A stretch of DNA of 64,000 nt, from contig OX597841.1 in NCBI GenBank assembly GCA_951406725.2, positions 14,942,001 to 15,006,000 of the forward strand, written 5' to 3'. Every line of letters begins with the position of its first letter. Positions within the stretch are counted from its first letter, which is position 1. This stretch comes from Octopus vulgaris (Eukaryota). This document shows, in pieces, positions 27,521-42,340 of this stretch. The position numbers were made by a program, and so were the translations under genes. The notes under the pieces were generated by a model. That model was not told the origin of the DNA. It saw only the letters and a list, made by a program, of their open reading frames with translations, and made no database searches.

Positions 27521-28108
27521 CCTGTAAAAGGACCCGGAAATCTGGGCCTCCGGATCATTCTACACGCCTGTGTAATTTTTTGCTCAATTCCACCCAGCCG
27601 TTTGACCGTGAAACCCAAGACAAAAAAAGAATCCCCTGTGTCAAATTTATATGTATAGATGTTTCTTAGACTCAGTATACAGCTAGTAGTCAATCGTATT
27701 TGATGTAGAGGCCACCATAAACACGCTGAATCAAACACTAGCGAAAATATTACATCGGTACATCGGAATGAAAGTTTAAGCAAAGATTATATAACCATAT
27801 GTCATCTTTCAGACATCTAGGCAAGTGGATAACCACGGCATTGAGCTGGCAGAAACGCGTAGCCGTATTTCGTCTGCTGTTACGTTCTGGGTTCAAATTC
27901 CGCCGAGGTTGACTTTGCCTTTCATCCTTTCGGGGTCGATTAAATTAAGTGCCAGTTACGCACTGGTGTCGATGTAATCGACTTAATCCGTTTGTCTGTC
28001 CTTGTTTGTCCCCCTCTGTGTTTAGCCCGTTGTGGGTAGTAAAGAAATATATATTTGGTGTTTGAAGGAGAAAAGATCGAATAGCATATAAAAGAGAGAG
28101 TACTCGAG

Positions 28109-28196
28109 AAACCAAGCGCCTATGTAAACAGAGCCAAGAAATGCGGACTCTGTAGAGTCCGCACTTCTTGGCTCTGTTTACATAGGCGCTTGGTTT
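28109..28196. repeat. Near-perfect 88-bp palindrome
   Basis: 43-bp arms, 1 mismatch, 2-nt centre (ggactct-gt-agagtcc). Confidence 0.95.
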
Positions 28197-28758
28197 AAAG
28201 ATGTTATTTGTTACAAGATGTCACCACTTTGATAAATATATATTAACCAACTGGAACCCACCTACACTCCGGATCATATTTCTCCTTCGGAAGCTGTCCT
28301 TTTGTGAAAGACATCTTCTCATATGTTTCATTCATATTTCTTTCCTCACTTTAATTCCTCATCCTCTTTTTCCTTTCCATTTTCTTCTTGACATCTCCCT
28401 TATTATTTTTTTCTTTCCAAGGAAACATCACCAGGGAAATATCTCCTGTATATGACATGTGATACACAGGACAGGCAAAGAGTCAAGATGGGTTTTATGG
28501 CGCCTAATGATGAGTATTTTAGAGGCATTGGTTATGATACTCTTTTACTCTTATATTTGTTTCAGTAATTTGACCGCGGCCATGCTGGAGCACCGCCTTA
28601 TTCTTTGTAAGCCTAGTACTTATTATATCGGTCCTTTTTGCCGAACCGCTAAGTTACGGGGACGTAAACACACAAGCATCGGTTGTCAAGCGATGATGGG
28701 GGGACAAACAGAAACACACAAACATATACATACATACATACATACATACATACATACA

Positions 28759-28792
<34 letters not shown>

Positions 28793-29592
28793 GCGTGGAG
28801 CTGAGGTGTTTCGCTCATAAACACATACATCGCCCGGTCTGAGATTCGAACCCACGATCCCTCGACCGCGAGTCCGCTGCTCTAACCACTAGGCCATGTG
28901 CCTCCACAATGCTTTCCTTTCAGAAGTTCCAAGTTATTCTGGTGATCCGAAAAAATATTCCTTTCTATTATAAGCACAAAGCTTGAAATTAACTGATCGA
29001 CCCGGAAGGGATGAAAGGCAAAGTCGACCTCGGCGGAATTTGAACTCAGAGCGTAGCGGCAGATGAACTAGCGCTAAGCATTTCAAAATTTCAAAATTCA
29101 GGGGTAAATAGGTAGATAAAATAAATATATACAGATTGTATATATAAATATATACATAGGCGCAGGAGTGGCTGTGTGGTAAGTAGCTTGTTTACCAACC
29201 ACATGGTCCCGGGTTCAGTCCCACTGCGTGGCATCTTGGCCAAGTGTCTTCTACTATAGCCTCGGGCCGACCAAAGCCTTGTGAGTGGATTTGGTAGACG
29301 GAAACTGAAAAGAAGCCCGTCGTATATATGTATATATGCGTGTCTGTGTTTGTGTGTCTGTGTTTGTCCCCCTAGCATTGCTTGACAACCGATGCTGTTG
29401 TGTTTATGTCCCAGTTACTTAGCGGTTCGGCAAAAGAGACCGATAGAATAAGTACTAGGCTTACAAAAGAATAAGTCCCGGGTTCGAGTTGCTCGATTAA
29501 AGGCGGTGCTCTAGCATGGCCGCAGTCAAATGACTGAAACAAGTAAAAGAGTAAAGAGTAAAGAGATTCAGGTGAATTCGGCTAAAAGAGAT

Positions 29593-29686
29593 CATCTACG
29601 GCCGTTTCAGAGGTACAATAAATGCATAATTGGGGTTTTAAGTATTCCAAATACAGAAACATAATGCCAACCCTCTCATCAGGATG
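29593..29686 (-). ncRNA. Type I hammerhead ribozyme motif with long loop II
   Basis: Reverse complement: CAUC-CUGAUGA-GAGG...CCUC(U)-GAAA-CGGCCG-UA-GAUG; palindromic helix III, GUA site. Confidence 0.65.
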
Positions 29687-30073
29687 TTTTCCTTCATGAT
29701 GCGATCCTACATGGTAATAATTTGTATGTATGTATGTATATATGTATGTACACGTACATATATATGTATATATATATATATATATATATGTATATGTTTT
29801 AAAATTATGCTTTGGAATTTGAATTGATTGCCTGGATATGATCCTTCTAAAATTTACCTTATCCTTCGATTTAGCTCGCAATGAACACTTCTTAAAACAG
29901 TCCATATATTGTGAAGTAAACTTAAAACACACACACACACACACACATATACATCTATATATATATATAGATGTATTGAAAAAAAAATATATATATATAT
30001 ATAAATATATATACATATATATGTATATATATATATACATATATATACATATATATGTATATACATATATATG

Positions 30074-30105
<32 letters not shown>

Positions 30106-30474
30106 CATATATATATACATACACACACATATATATATATATGTGTATATATATATATGTATATGTATATATATATCACCGTGATCGACCAGGCCATCAG
30201 ATGTTGCTACACATCACTGGTCACAATGCGTTCGCATTGTTTTAGCCTTCAAATGACGCCACCCCGCTGGCTAAGCGAGCAGGCCAACAGAAGAAAGAAT
30301 GAGAGAAAGTGGTGGTGAAAGAATACAGCAGGGATCGCCACCACCCCCTGCCAGAGCCTCGTGGAGCTTTGGGTGTTTTTGCTTAATAAATACTCACAAC
30401 GCACGGTCTGGGAATCGAAACCGTGATCCTACGACCGCAAGTCCACTGCCCTAACCACTGGGCCATTGCGCCTC

Positions 30475-30541
<67 letters not shown>

Positions 30542-30555
30542 GTATATACATATAC

Positions 30556-30654
<99 letters not shown>

Positions 30655-31098
30655 TATTTATTTAATAAACATTTCAATAAAATCTTATAATCATTAAGTA
30701 ATTTATATTAAAAACCTTAATGTTAAATAATATACATAATGTTAGTACAAGCTATAGATATTGGAATTAAAAAATAGGAAATGGTTGAAATATATACACC
30801 CCTATTAGATAAACTAGCTATATTATTAATATATATGTAATATCTATAGATTTAATGCTTTACTCAATTATATAGTTGACCAAAATATCAATTAATATCA
30901 AGTAAAGCTAGTTTACTTAAATGTAATACTACGTAATAAATAGACCACCTAACTATTAGATAATATATCGTCTTACAAAACTATTTCTCAAATTCAATTA
31001 TATGTAATACTTTAAATCACATTATAAAAATAATAAGAAACATAAGTAAATAGATTTACGTAACGTCACTAATAATTATCAAGAAATTATATATAAAT

Positions 31099-31395
31099 GA
31101 ACGGTTGTATACTGTCAGTTTAACGTGACAGTAGGGGATTACACCACCGCTGTTTAGCCCTAGGAAGCATCGACACCTCCTGATGGCTTCGACACATTTT
31201 TTCCTGTGTCCTTATATATTTACGAAGGACACAGGAAAAAAATGTGTCGAAGCCATCAGGAGGCGTCGATGCTTCCTAGGGCTAAACAGCAGTGGTGTAA
31301 TCCCCTACTGTCACGTTAGATTGACAGTATACAACCATTCTATCGCCCCACCACCGTACATATCTCTATGAGATATTTAGAAATTCAATATTTCT
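31099..31395. mobile_element. Fold-back element: ~115-bp-arm palindrome plus ~55-bp tail
   Basis: 31099-31213 pairs with 31225-31340. An internally deleted relative with the same tail lies at 45950-46103. Confidence 0.8.
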
Positions 31396-31404
31396 GATAT
31401 GTAC

Positions 31405-31487
<83 letters not shown>

Positions 31488-31550
31488 GGTCCCGGGTTGA
31501 TTCGGGGTTAACCACAGTAAATAAGGTACTCAATTAAATTAACTATATAA

Positions 31551-31587
<37 letters not shown>

Positions 31588-31944
31588 ATAATATAGTTAT
31601 ACTATTTAACTTTTGAATTGTATTAAGTTTGATTATTATTATTGTTGTTAAAATATTAATTTTATATATATCTTGATAATTATTAGTTATTTAAACACAC
31701 GTATTTAAACACACACACACGTGTGTGTATTTGTAATTTGTGTCTGTGTTTGTCCTTCCACCATCACTTGAAGACCGATGTTGGTGTGTTTACGTCCCAG
31801 TAAATTAGCAGTTCGGCGATAGAATAAGTACCAGGCTTACAAAGAATAAATCCTGGGGGGTTGGTGGGGCGATTTGTTCGACTAAAAAGGCAGTGCTCCA
31901 GCATGGCCGCAGTCATGCATACATACATACATACATACATACAT

Positions 31945-31977
<33 letters not shown>

Positions 31978-32227
31978 TGTGTGGAATCACTGAACATGTA
32001 TGTGTCACGGATTCTAAACTTTTGAAAAATCTCCTTAATTGTAAAATTCGTGAATTCATCTGAAGAAAGCGGTTTTCATAATCATATAACGGACTAATTG
32101 ATCGATTAACAAATTCGTTAGAAACGGCTGTAATGAATTGACATCTATCCAACAAATGTTGATTCGCTAGCCTCTGCACGCATTTTTTTCTCTCTCCTTG
32201 TTTCTATCTGTGTTTCTTTTCTGTGTA

Positions 32228-32265
32228 TCTTTCTGTTGAAGAGCGTAGGCTCGAAACGTAAAAGA
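32228..32265 (+). ncRNA. Minimal hammerhead-like motif with variant core
   Basis: UCUUU-CUGUUGA-A-GAGC guag GCUC-GAAA-C-GUA-AAAGA; A6 replaced by U. Confidence 0.5.
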
Positions 32266-32513
32266 CTTATTTTATTTATATTCTGTGGTTTGTGTTTCTG
32301 ATAGTCGACCCCATGTCGAATTTATCGATCTTTTTCAGAACTGGGGGAACTTTTCAAAATTTTCGCTGCGTTAGTTTTGAATTATGACATTGGGCTATGT
32401 GTGTGTCAAGTTTCATCAGAATCGGTTGAAAGCAGTGGTCAGGGTGAGGGTACAACCTGACAGACACACAGAAACACACAGAGACAAACTGCCGTTTATA
32501 TATAGAGAGATAT

Positions 32514-33200
32514 GTGATAAAATGCACACGGCTAGCTGGATGGATTCTCCGAACATTCAGAACAAGAGAGAAGGATACACTGATGGTCCTTTGGGAAACA
32601 TTCGTCTTCAGCCGCTTGGACTACTGCTCCCAACTGTGGTCACCACACAATATAAAGCTAACAGCAGAACTCGAAGCAATTCAACGAAGCTATACAAAGA
32701 AAATCGTCTCAATGCAAAATGTCAGCTACTGGGAAAGACTGAAGGTATTAAACCTCTTCTCCCTGGAGCGGAGGCGGGAGAGAGATATGCAGTGATATAC
32801 ATCTGGAAAATCCTGGAGGGTCTTGTCCCAAACTTTGGCATTCAAAGTTACCCCAACCGCAGAACGGGGCGTCACTGCATGGTGCCAAGGATTCCAACAT
32901 CACCATCAAAATACAGGTCCAGATACTGCAACAGCTTGGGTTTCAGAGGACCACAGCCCTTCAACATCCTCCCTAAATGCCTGAGAGACTTACATGGTGT
33001 GGATGTGGGTTTCTTTCAAACTAAACTGGATCTCTTCTTGTTGGGAGTCCCAGATGAACCTACCTCACGACAGGAGACATAGATGCGGGCAGCAGCATCG
33101 AACTCCCTTGTTGACCAAGTGCCACGTATCAGAGGTGGTTTCACATACTAGTGTAGCTCATTCAACGGTTGTGCCCCAGCATTCGAGCTGAAACATTTTA
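32514..33200 (+). mobile_element. CR1/Jockey-group LINE, 5'-truncated RT C-terminus plus 3' UTR
   Basis: WILRTFRTR...SRLDYCSQLWSP...LEAIQRSYTKKI...SYWERLKVLNLFSLERRRER/YAVIYIWKILEGLVPN (one frameshift). Confidence 0.85.
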
Positions 33201-33212
33201 AAGGATTTAATG

Positions 33213-33338
<126 letters not shown>

Positions 33339-33551
33339 TGTAAATGTTTGTGTGTCTGTGTTTATCCCCCCAACATCGCTTGACAACCGATGTTGGTGTG
33401 TTTGCGTCCCCGTGACAGCAGTTCAGCAAAAGAGACCGATAGGCTTACAACGAATAACTCCTGAGATCGATTTGTTCGACTAAACGCGGTGCTCCAGCAT
33501 GGCCGCAGTCAAATGACTGAAACAAGTAAAAGAGTAAGAGAAGATATACAA

Positions 33552-33753
<202 letters not shown>

Positions 33754-33887
33754 CATGTATATGTATATACTCATATATACAATCATACATACAAACATAC
33801 TTATACACACGCACACACACACACACACATATATATATGTATGTAGGTTATATATATATGTATATGTATGCATGCATGTATGTATGT

Positions 33888-33920
<33 letters not shown>

Positions 33921-34051
33921 CATGTATATGTATATACTCATATATACAATCATACATACAAACATACTTATACACACGCACACACACACACACACATATA
34001 TATATATGTATGTAGGTTATATATATATGTATATGTATGCATGCATGTATG

Positions 34052-34094
<43 letters not shown>

Positions 34095-34198
34095 GTATTT
34101 ATATATATATATATATATATTATATATGTATATATACGTAGCATGTATATATATATATATATACATACATATATACAAACATACTTATATATACATAC

Positions 34199-34255
<57 letters not shown>

Positions 34256-34271
34256 CAAATATATACATGCA

Positions 34272-34309
<38 letters not shown>

Positions 34310-34371
34310 GTGTAGATATAAATTTATGTATATGTAAAACTATAGCTACGTATATATATATACATACATAC

Positions 34372-34415
<44 letters not shown>

Positions 34416-34605
34416 TATATGTATGTATGCATGCATCTGTACTGTGTATACAACTCTATACTATATTTCCTATATGATCCTTCATTCATATTATAAATAG
34501 ATTTGTATATATTGTATATTTTTTATAAATATAATATATTTATATATATATCTCTATATTATATATATATATATATATTGTTAGCATATATATATGTGTG
34601 TGCGT

Positions 34606-34657
<52 letters not shown>

Positions 34658-35064
34658 GGGATAAATATGGAGACAAAGAAAGAGTTGGAGGTGGGTGGGA
34701 TAAAAACAGAGTATAGAAATGAAGGAGGGGGGAGAGGAAAGAGAGGGAGAGAGAGAGAGAGAAAGAGAGTTAGTGGGAGGATAAGAGAGAGGGAGAGAGA
34801 GAATGTGGGGGAGGAGGATTGAATGAATGGTAAGCATTGGAACTTCAGGAGTTATCAAAGAACAAAGAGAGAAAAACGTAAATGAAGAGAGAGAGAGAGG
34901 GGGGGAGTGGGAGGGAGAGAGAGGGAGAGGGAGAGGGAGGGAGAGGGAGAGGGGAAGAGAGGTATAGAGACACAAGGTGATAGAGATATATATAGTGAAC
35001 TCTCTCTCTCTGTATCTATCTACCTATCTTTCTGTCTATCTATCTATCTATATATCTATCTATC

Positions 35065-35109
<45 letters not shown>

Positions 35110-35247
35110 GTCTGTCTATCTATCTATCTATCTATCTATCCATCTATATCTGTCTGTCTCTCTATCTGATTGACTGTCTGGCGTCTGTCTGTCCATTTAG
35201 CCATGTAGATAGACTGACAAACAGATAAGATAGAGAGACAGATAGAC

Positions 35248-35296
<49 letters not shown>

Positions 35297-35297
35297 T

Positions 35298-35371
<74 letters not shown>

Positions 35372-35608
35372 GAGGTAGATAGATAGATGGCTGGCTGACT
35401 GGATAGATATAGGGGGTAGATAAATAGATAGCTAAAGAGAGAAATAGAAAGACAGATGGATAAAGAAGCAAATAGATAAAATGTCCTGGTGTCGATTGAT
35501 TCGGCTCAAAAAATTCTTCAACTCGGTGCCCCAGCCTGGCCGCAGTGTAATGAATGAAACAAGTCGAAGATAATACATACATGTACATATATATACACAC
35601 ACATATAC

Positions 35609-35680
<72 letters not shown>

Positions 35681-35805
35681 ATGTGTGTGTGTGTGTATAT
35701 ATATATATATGTATATATATGTATATGTGTGCGTATATATATATGTATATACATATATGTGTGTGTGTATATATATATATGTATATATATATATGTATAT
35801 ATATA

Positions 35806-35856
<51 letters not shown>

Positions 35857-36424
35857 ATACACATATATATATGTGTGTGTATATACATATATGTAAATAT
35901 ATATATATATGTGTGTGTGTGTATGCATATATGTATATATATATATATATGTGTGTGTGTATACATATATGTATATATATAAATATATGTGTGTGTGTAT
36001 GCATACCCGTGTGTGTATATATAGAGGGTGGGAGGAGATGAAGAAAGTTAAACAATGAAAGATAAAACAGAGAGGGGGAGAAAGAAAGGGGTGAAAGAGA
36101 GGGGGGAGATTGTGTGTGTGAGAGAGAGAGAGAGAGAAGAAAAGAGAGAGAGAGAGAGAGAGAAAGAAAGAAAGAAAGAAGGAGAAAAGCGGGAAGCCGA
36201 TAAGAAGAAACAGAGAAAGAGGGAAACAAAGAAAGAGCGAGAACGAGAGAGGGAGAAAGAGAGAGAATGAGAGAGGGAGAAAGAGAGAGAATGAGTGAGG
36301 AGGAGAGAGGGAGAGAGAGAGATACTGTGAGAAGTGTGACTAATATAGAGTGTGAGATAAAAAGCAAGGGGGGGGAGGATAGGAAGAGAGAAAGAGAGAG
36401 AGGGAGAAAGAAGGAATGGCAGAA

Positions 36425-36457
<33 letters not shown>

Positions 36458-36588
36458 CAGACAGACAGACAGATACAGACACACAGAATGAAAGAGAGAG
36501 AGTGTGTGTGTGTGTGAGAGAGAGAGAGACAAAGGGAAACAGAGAAAGAAAGAAAGAAAGAAAGAGAAAGAGAAAGAGAAAGCGAGAA

Positions 36589-36628
<40 letters not shown>

Positions 36629-36784
36629 AGGAGAACAAAGAAAAAGGTGAGGACACGAACGGAGAAAGAAAAAAAGAAAGAAAGAAGATAAGGTAAGATA
36701 GAAACACCACCGATGCCCACCACCCCCACCATGCCCACCACCACCACCACCACCACCACCACCCGTACCACCACCACCACCACC

Positions 36785-36816
<32 letters not shown>

Positions 36817-37364
36817 GATTACTATGGCTACGGTGGTATACTCCCGCCCCTTCTACGGACAACGCATTCGACATTACCACGACGACCGCCATCAACAGCA
36901 GCGCCGCCACCAGCGCCACCAGCGCCACCACCACAGAGGCCGCTCTGCTGCAAACAACAGCAACAACAACAACAGCAGCAACACCAGCAGCAACAACAAC
37001 ATTGTCTGTGCCTGGGCCCCGTCTTCGGAACAAAGAAAGTCTCCCAGAATCGGTTAAAACCGAAGCGATCGGTGAAGTGGGTTTGTTTGTCTGCGAGTAT
37101 GTAAGTGTATATGTAAGTGTATATGTAAGTGTATATGTAAGTGTATGTATTATGTGTATTTGTATATATATATAAATATATATTAATATATATATATATA
37201 TATGTATATATACACGTGTGCATGCGTGTGTGTGTGTGTGTGTGGAACCGTGTGAGCGAGTACACGAACATGTGCGCGTATATATATATGTATATATATA
37301 CGCACGAATATATGTGTAAGTATGCACGCGTGTGTGTGTGTGTTTAAGCGCCTGTGTACGTATG

Positions 37365-37395
<31 letters not shown>

Positions 37396-37632
37396 ATATA
37401 TATATGTGTGTATATATGTGTGTGTGTGTGTAAACACGCACGCACACATGTATATATATGTATACATTCATATTTGTATATACACCCATACCAACGCACA
37501 TGTGTGAGTGCTTGCGTGTGTGTATAAGCATGGATACGAGTCGTGTATAAAACTCGGGTACGTATGAATGAAATATACACACGTATATATACACCTATAC
37601 ACACACACACACACACACATACATCCATACAC

Positions 37633-37704
<72 letters not shown>

Positions 37705-38254
37705 ATGTATTCCAGTACACACGTGTATATGTGTACATGTGTGTATATATATGAGTGTGCCTGCGTGTTTGTATATCCACCAGAATGCGCTGTATTCGAT
37801 GCTTCTACATCGTAAGAGAAGGATGTGTACGCTGTGCTTTTTCCCCCCTTCTTTTTTCCTATTACGGGTAGCACTTCGGTTGTGATTCTATCGCAGAGAC
37901 GGCAGTCAGGATACCAAGAGAGACAAGCCGACACCTTCAGACTCATTTGTATAGGTATTTCTTTTAAAATTTCTTTAATTAATCCCTTTCTATCATCACT
38001 GTTACGTTTTTGTGTATGAATGTATAATCTATACGAGTATATATATATATATATATAGATGCATATATATATGTGTGTGTTTGTAATTATGTTATTTGTG
38101 TTTTATATTTTGTCTACCCCGTTGTTTCGTGTGACGGCAGATTTGTACGTACTCGGGTTAATAATGCAATTCCTATCGTGTGGATGTTTCTCCTTAAAGG
38201 GTGTTTAAAACAAGCATATACACTCGTCCTTTTGTTGTGCGAATTACCCCCCCC

Positions 38255-38298
<44 letters not shown>

Positions 38299-38391
38299 CA
38301 ATTATCTGTATATTTGATAACTGTTCGTCTATCTATCTATCTGTCTGTCTGTCTATACATATACACATGCGCACTTACACACATATGTATG

Positions 38392-38479
<88 letters not shown>

Positions 38480-38570
38480 CATATATATATACATATACAT
38501 ATATATATATATATATATGCATATATATACATATATATATGCATATATATATATATATATATGTATATAC

Positions 38571-38647
<77 letters not shown>

Positions 38648-38910
38648 TATAGATATACATGGGTATGCGGAGTATCCGTGGGGGTGTTCACGGTTCGTGC
38701 GCATGAATGACTGCTGCTTTAAACAGTCATTCCGAAAGGTCGACTCAAACGCTTAATGTCCTGCGTCCCAGGGTGGCCCCGCAACAATAGTTGAATGACA
38801 ATATGGGTGCATACATACATACATACATGCGGGCATATACACACTTACACAAATACATACATATATATATATATAGATACATACATATTTATACATACAT
38901 ATATACATAC

Positions 38911-38962
<52 letters not shown>

Positions 38963-39136
38963 GCATATATATATGTATATATGTATATATATATATGTAT
39001 ATATTATATATATATATACACATGCATATATTTATATAATAATAATAATGAAATTATTGTATACAGTGCTCGGGTGCAAATATATATTTTCGTGCATATA
39101 TGCACATATATATATTTTTATGCATATGCACAGATA

Positions 39137-39187
<51 letters not shown>

Positions 39188-39316
39188 ATAGCTGTGATGC
39201 ATATTTAATGTTTGGTGTAAGTCTGCACAGATGTGCACACGTCTATGTGCATTGTTGCAAGTGTGCATCCGTCCCTGCAAGTATATTGCATATATTATAA
39301 ACCAACGCATCATCAC

Positions 39317-39357
<41 letters not shown>

Positions 39358-39764
39358 AGTATGTATTAATGCATGAATATCTTATATATGCATATATGCC
39401 CCAGCATGGCCGCAGCTTGTGAGCTGAAACTAAATAAAATAAAAAAAAAATAAATAAAAATATACATACATGCATACATACATACTTGCATATATATGTA
39501 TATATATATATACACACGCGTACGTTTTTATATATGCCGGGTTCTTTACTCTTTATCTGTCTCTTTGTTTGTCTGTCTTCCTTACTCTCCCCCACCTCTC
39601 TCCTTATCTATCCATATGCATACATGCATATATATATATATATATATATACACCATTATACATACACATACATATCTGTGCATATATATATTTGTACATT
39701 TATATATGGAGAGATGTATACTTATATACATATATACGTATTATGTGTATAGATAGGCTTGTTT

Positions 39765-39831
<67 letters not shown>

Positions 39832-39931
39832 GGATGTATGCTTATCTGTCTATCCTTCGACATATAAAAATTCGTATATATACGCACACACACACACATA
39901 CACACATATATACATTTATATATGCATGTGT

Positions 39932-39983
<52 letters not shown>

Positions 39984-40499
39984 CTATATGTATAAACATA
40001 TATATATATATATAAAAAAGTTGAGTAGAGAGAGAGATATATATATATACATATCTATATGTATATACACACATATATATATATATAAATATGTAAATAT
40101 ATATATACATATCTATATGTAAATACATATATATATATGTATATATATATATATGCATATATATACATATATATATATATGTATATATATGTATATATAT
40201 ATGTATATATATATATATATATACATACGCATATATACATACATGCATACAATATATGCATTCATTTCTCTCTGATGTGACTTGGGTAAATTTTCCTTTG
40301 TCTCATGTTGATACAGTCCAACATGCATGCATGCATGCATCCATGAGTGATAATATACATGTGCAGAGATGCATGTTTATGCAAAAAATGTGTATGCACA
40401 GTTAAATGCATTCAGATGCTGCCATGCATATCAACAGTTACTATATATCCGTTTGTATTCATTGTTTGCATTATATACAAATATATATATTGCTTACTA

Positions 40500-40551
<52 letters not shown>

Positions 40552-40606
40552 CGCACACACAAACACACACATATATATATATATACATACATTTATATAT
40601 ATATAC

Positions 40607-40647
<41 letters not shown>

Positions 40648-40678
40648 AATATTTATCTGTCTCTTTCTCCCTCTGTCC

Positions 40679-40785
<107 letters not shown>

Positions 40786-41473
40786 TATGTATATATGCAG
40801 TAATATGTGCAGACGTTCATATATACATATGCATATAGAATGACAGATAGACACATACATACATACATACATACATATATGCATATATAAATATATATCC
40901 ACAGACACATATATACACAGAAAGACACACGCCCTACACACACATACTTATATACACACATAAATATATATATATATAAATATCTATACATATGCATTAT
41001 ATATATCTTACCATTCATGTATATGTATATATATAAATATACGTACACACACACACATATATATATATGTACATGTACATATATATATATACATACATAA
41101 ATGTGTGTGTATATATATATATAGATATGCATACATAAATGTGTATATATATATATATATATGTGTATGTATATATATATATATACATTTATATGCGCAT
41201 ATTGTGTGCGTCTGTGCGCGTAGCGGTGTTCATCCCAGTGTATATATATAAATATATATTCCTTTGTGTGTATAGATATTTGAAGAATGTTAAGCATTCG
41301 AAGTCAGTCAAACAATGGAACCGAAGGCTCCGTTCCCTGCACCTCGGAAAAACCTTCCAATCCTCCACCTATTCTATCTACGCGTTGACCAAACTCCACT
41401 AACTCTCGGATGCTTCCTCTTCTCTTCACCTGGCGTCCTGTACAAGTACACACACACACACACACACACACAA

Positions 41474-41523
<50 letters not shown>

Positions 41524-41668
41524 CAAATAAGAAAATGGAGAAACAAATTTATTGTGTTCATCAACTTTCGGATATTAGAATGTTGAATTATTTATTCATT
41601 TAACAAAATGAGAACCTTAAAAGCATACACATATACCTTATAATCTAATATATATAAGATAAGAATAC

Positions 41669-41722
<54 letters not shown>

Positions 41723-41726
41723 GTAC

Positions 41727-41788
<62 letters not shown>

Positions 41789-41818
41789 ATATGTATGTAT
41801 ATATATATATATATATAT

Positions 41819-41849
<31 letters not shown>

Positions 41850-41862
41850 CATACATACATAG

Positions 41863-41927
<65 letters not shown>

Positions 41928-42308
41928 ATGTAGCTTGCTTACCAACCACATGGTTCCGGGTTCAGTCCCACTGCGTTGTACCTTGGCCAAGTGTCCTCTA
42001 CTACAGACTCGGACGGACCAAAACCTTGTGAGTGGACTTGGTAGATGGAAACTGAAAGAATCCGTCGTATATATATATGTATACATGTATATGTTTGTGT
42101 GTCTGTGTTTGTCCCCCACCATCGTTTGATAACCAATGTTGGTGTGTTTACATCCCCGTAACTTAGCGGTTCGGCAAAAGAGGCCGATAGAATAAGTACT
42201 TGGCTTACAAAGCATAACTCCTGGTTCGATTTGTGCGACTAAAGGCGGTGCTCCAGCATGTCCGCAGTCAAATGCCTGGAACAAGTGAAAGAGGAGAAGA
42301 ATAAAAGA

Positions 42309-42340
<32 letters not shown>

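Noticed and set aside
35432-37594. 720-aa minus-strand ORF with a TM-like and poly-G/S segment
   Set aside because: Mostly microsatellite; the hydrophobic stretch is the antisense of CAG/CAA/CAC repeats and has no recognisable domain.
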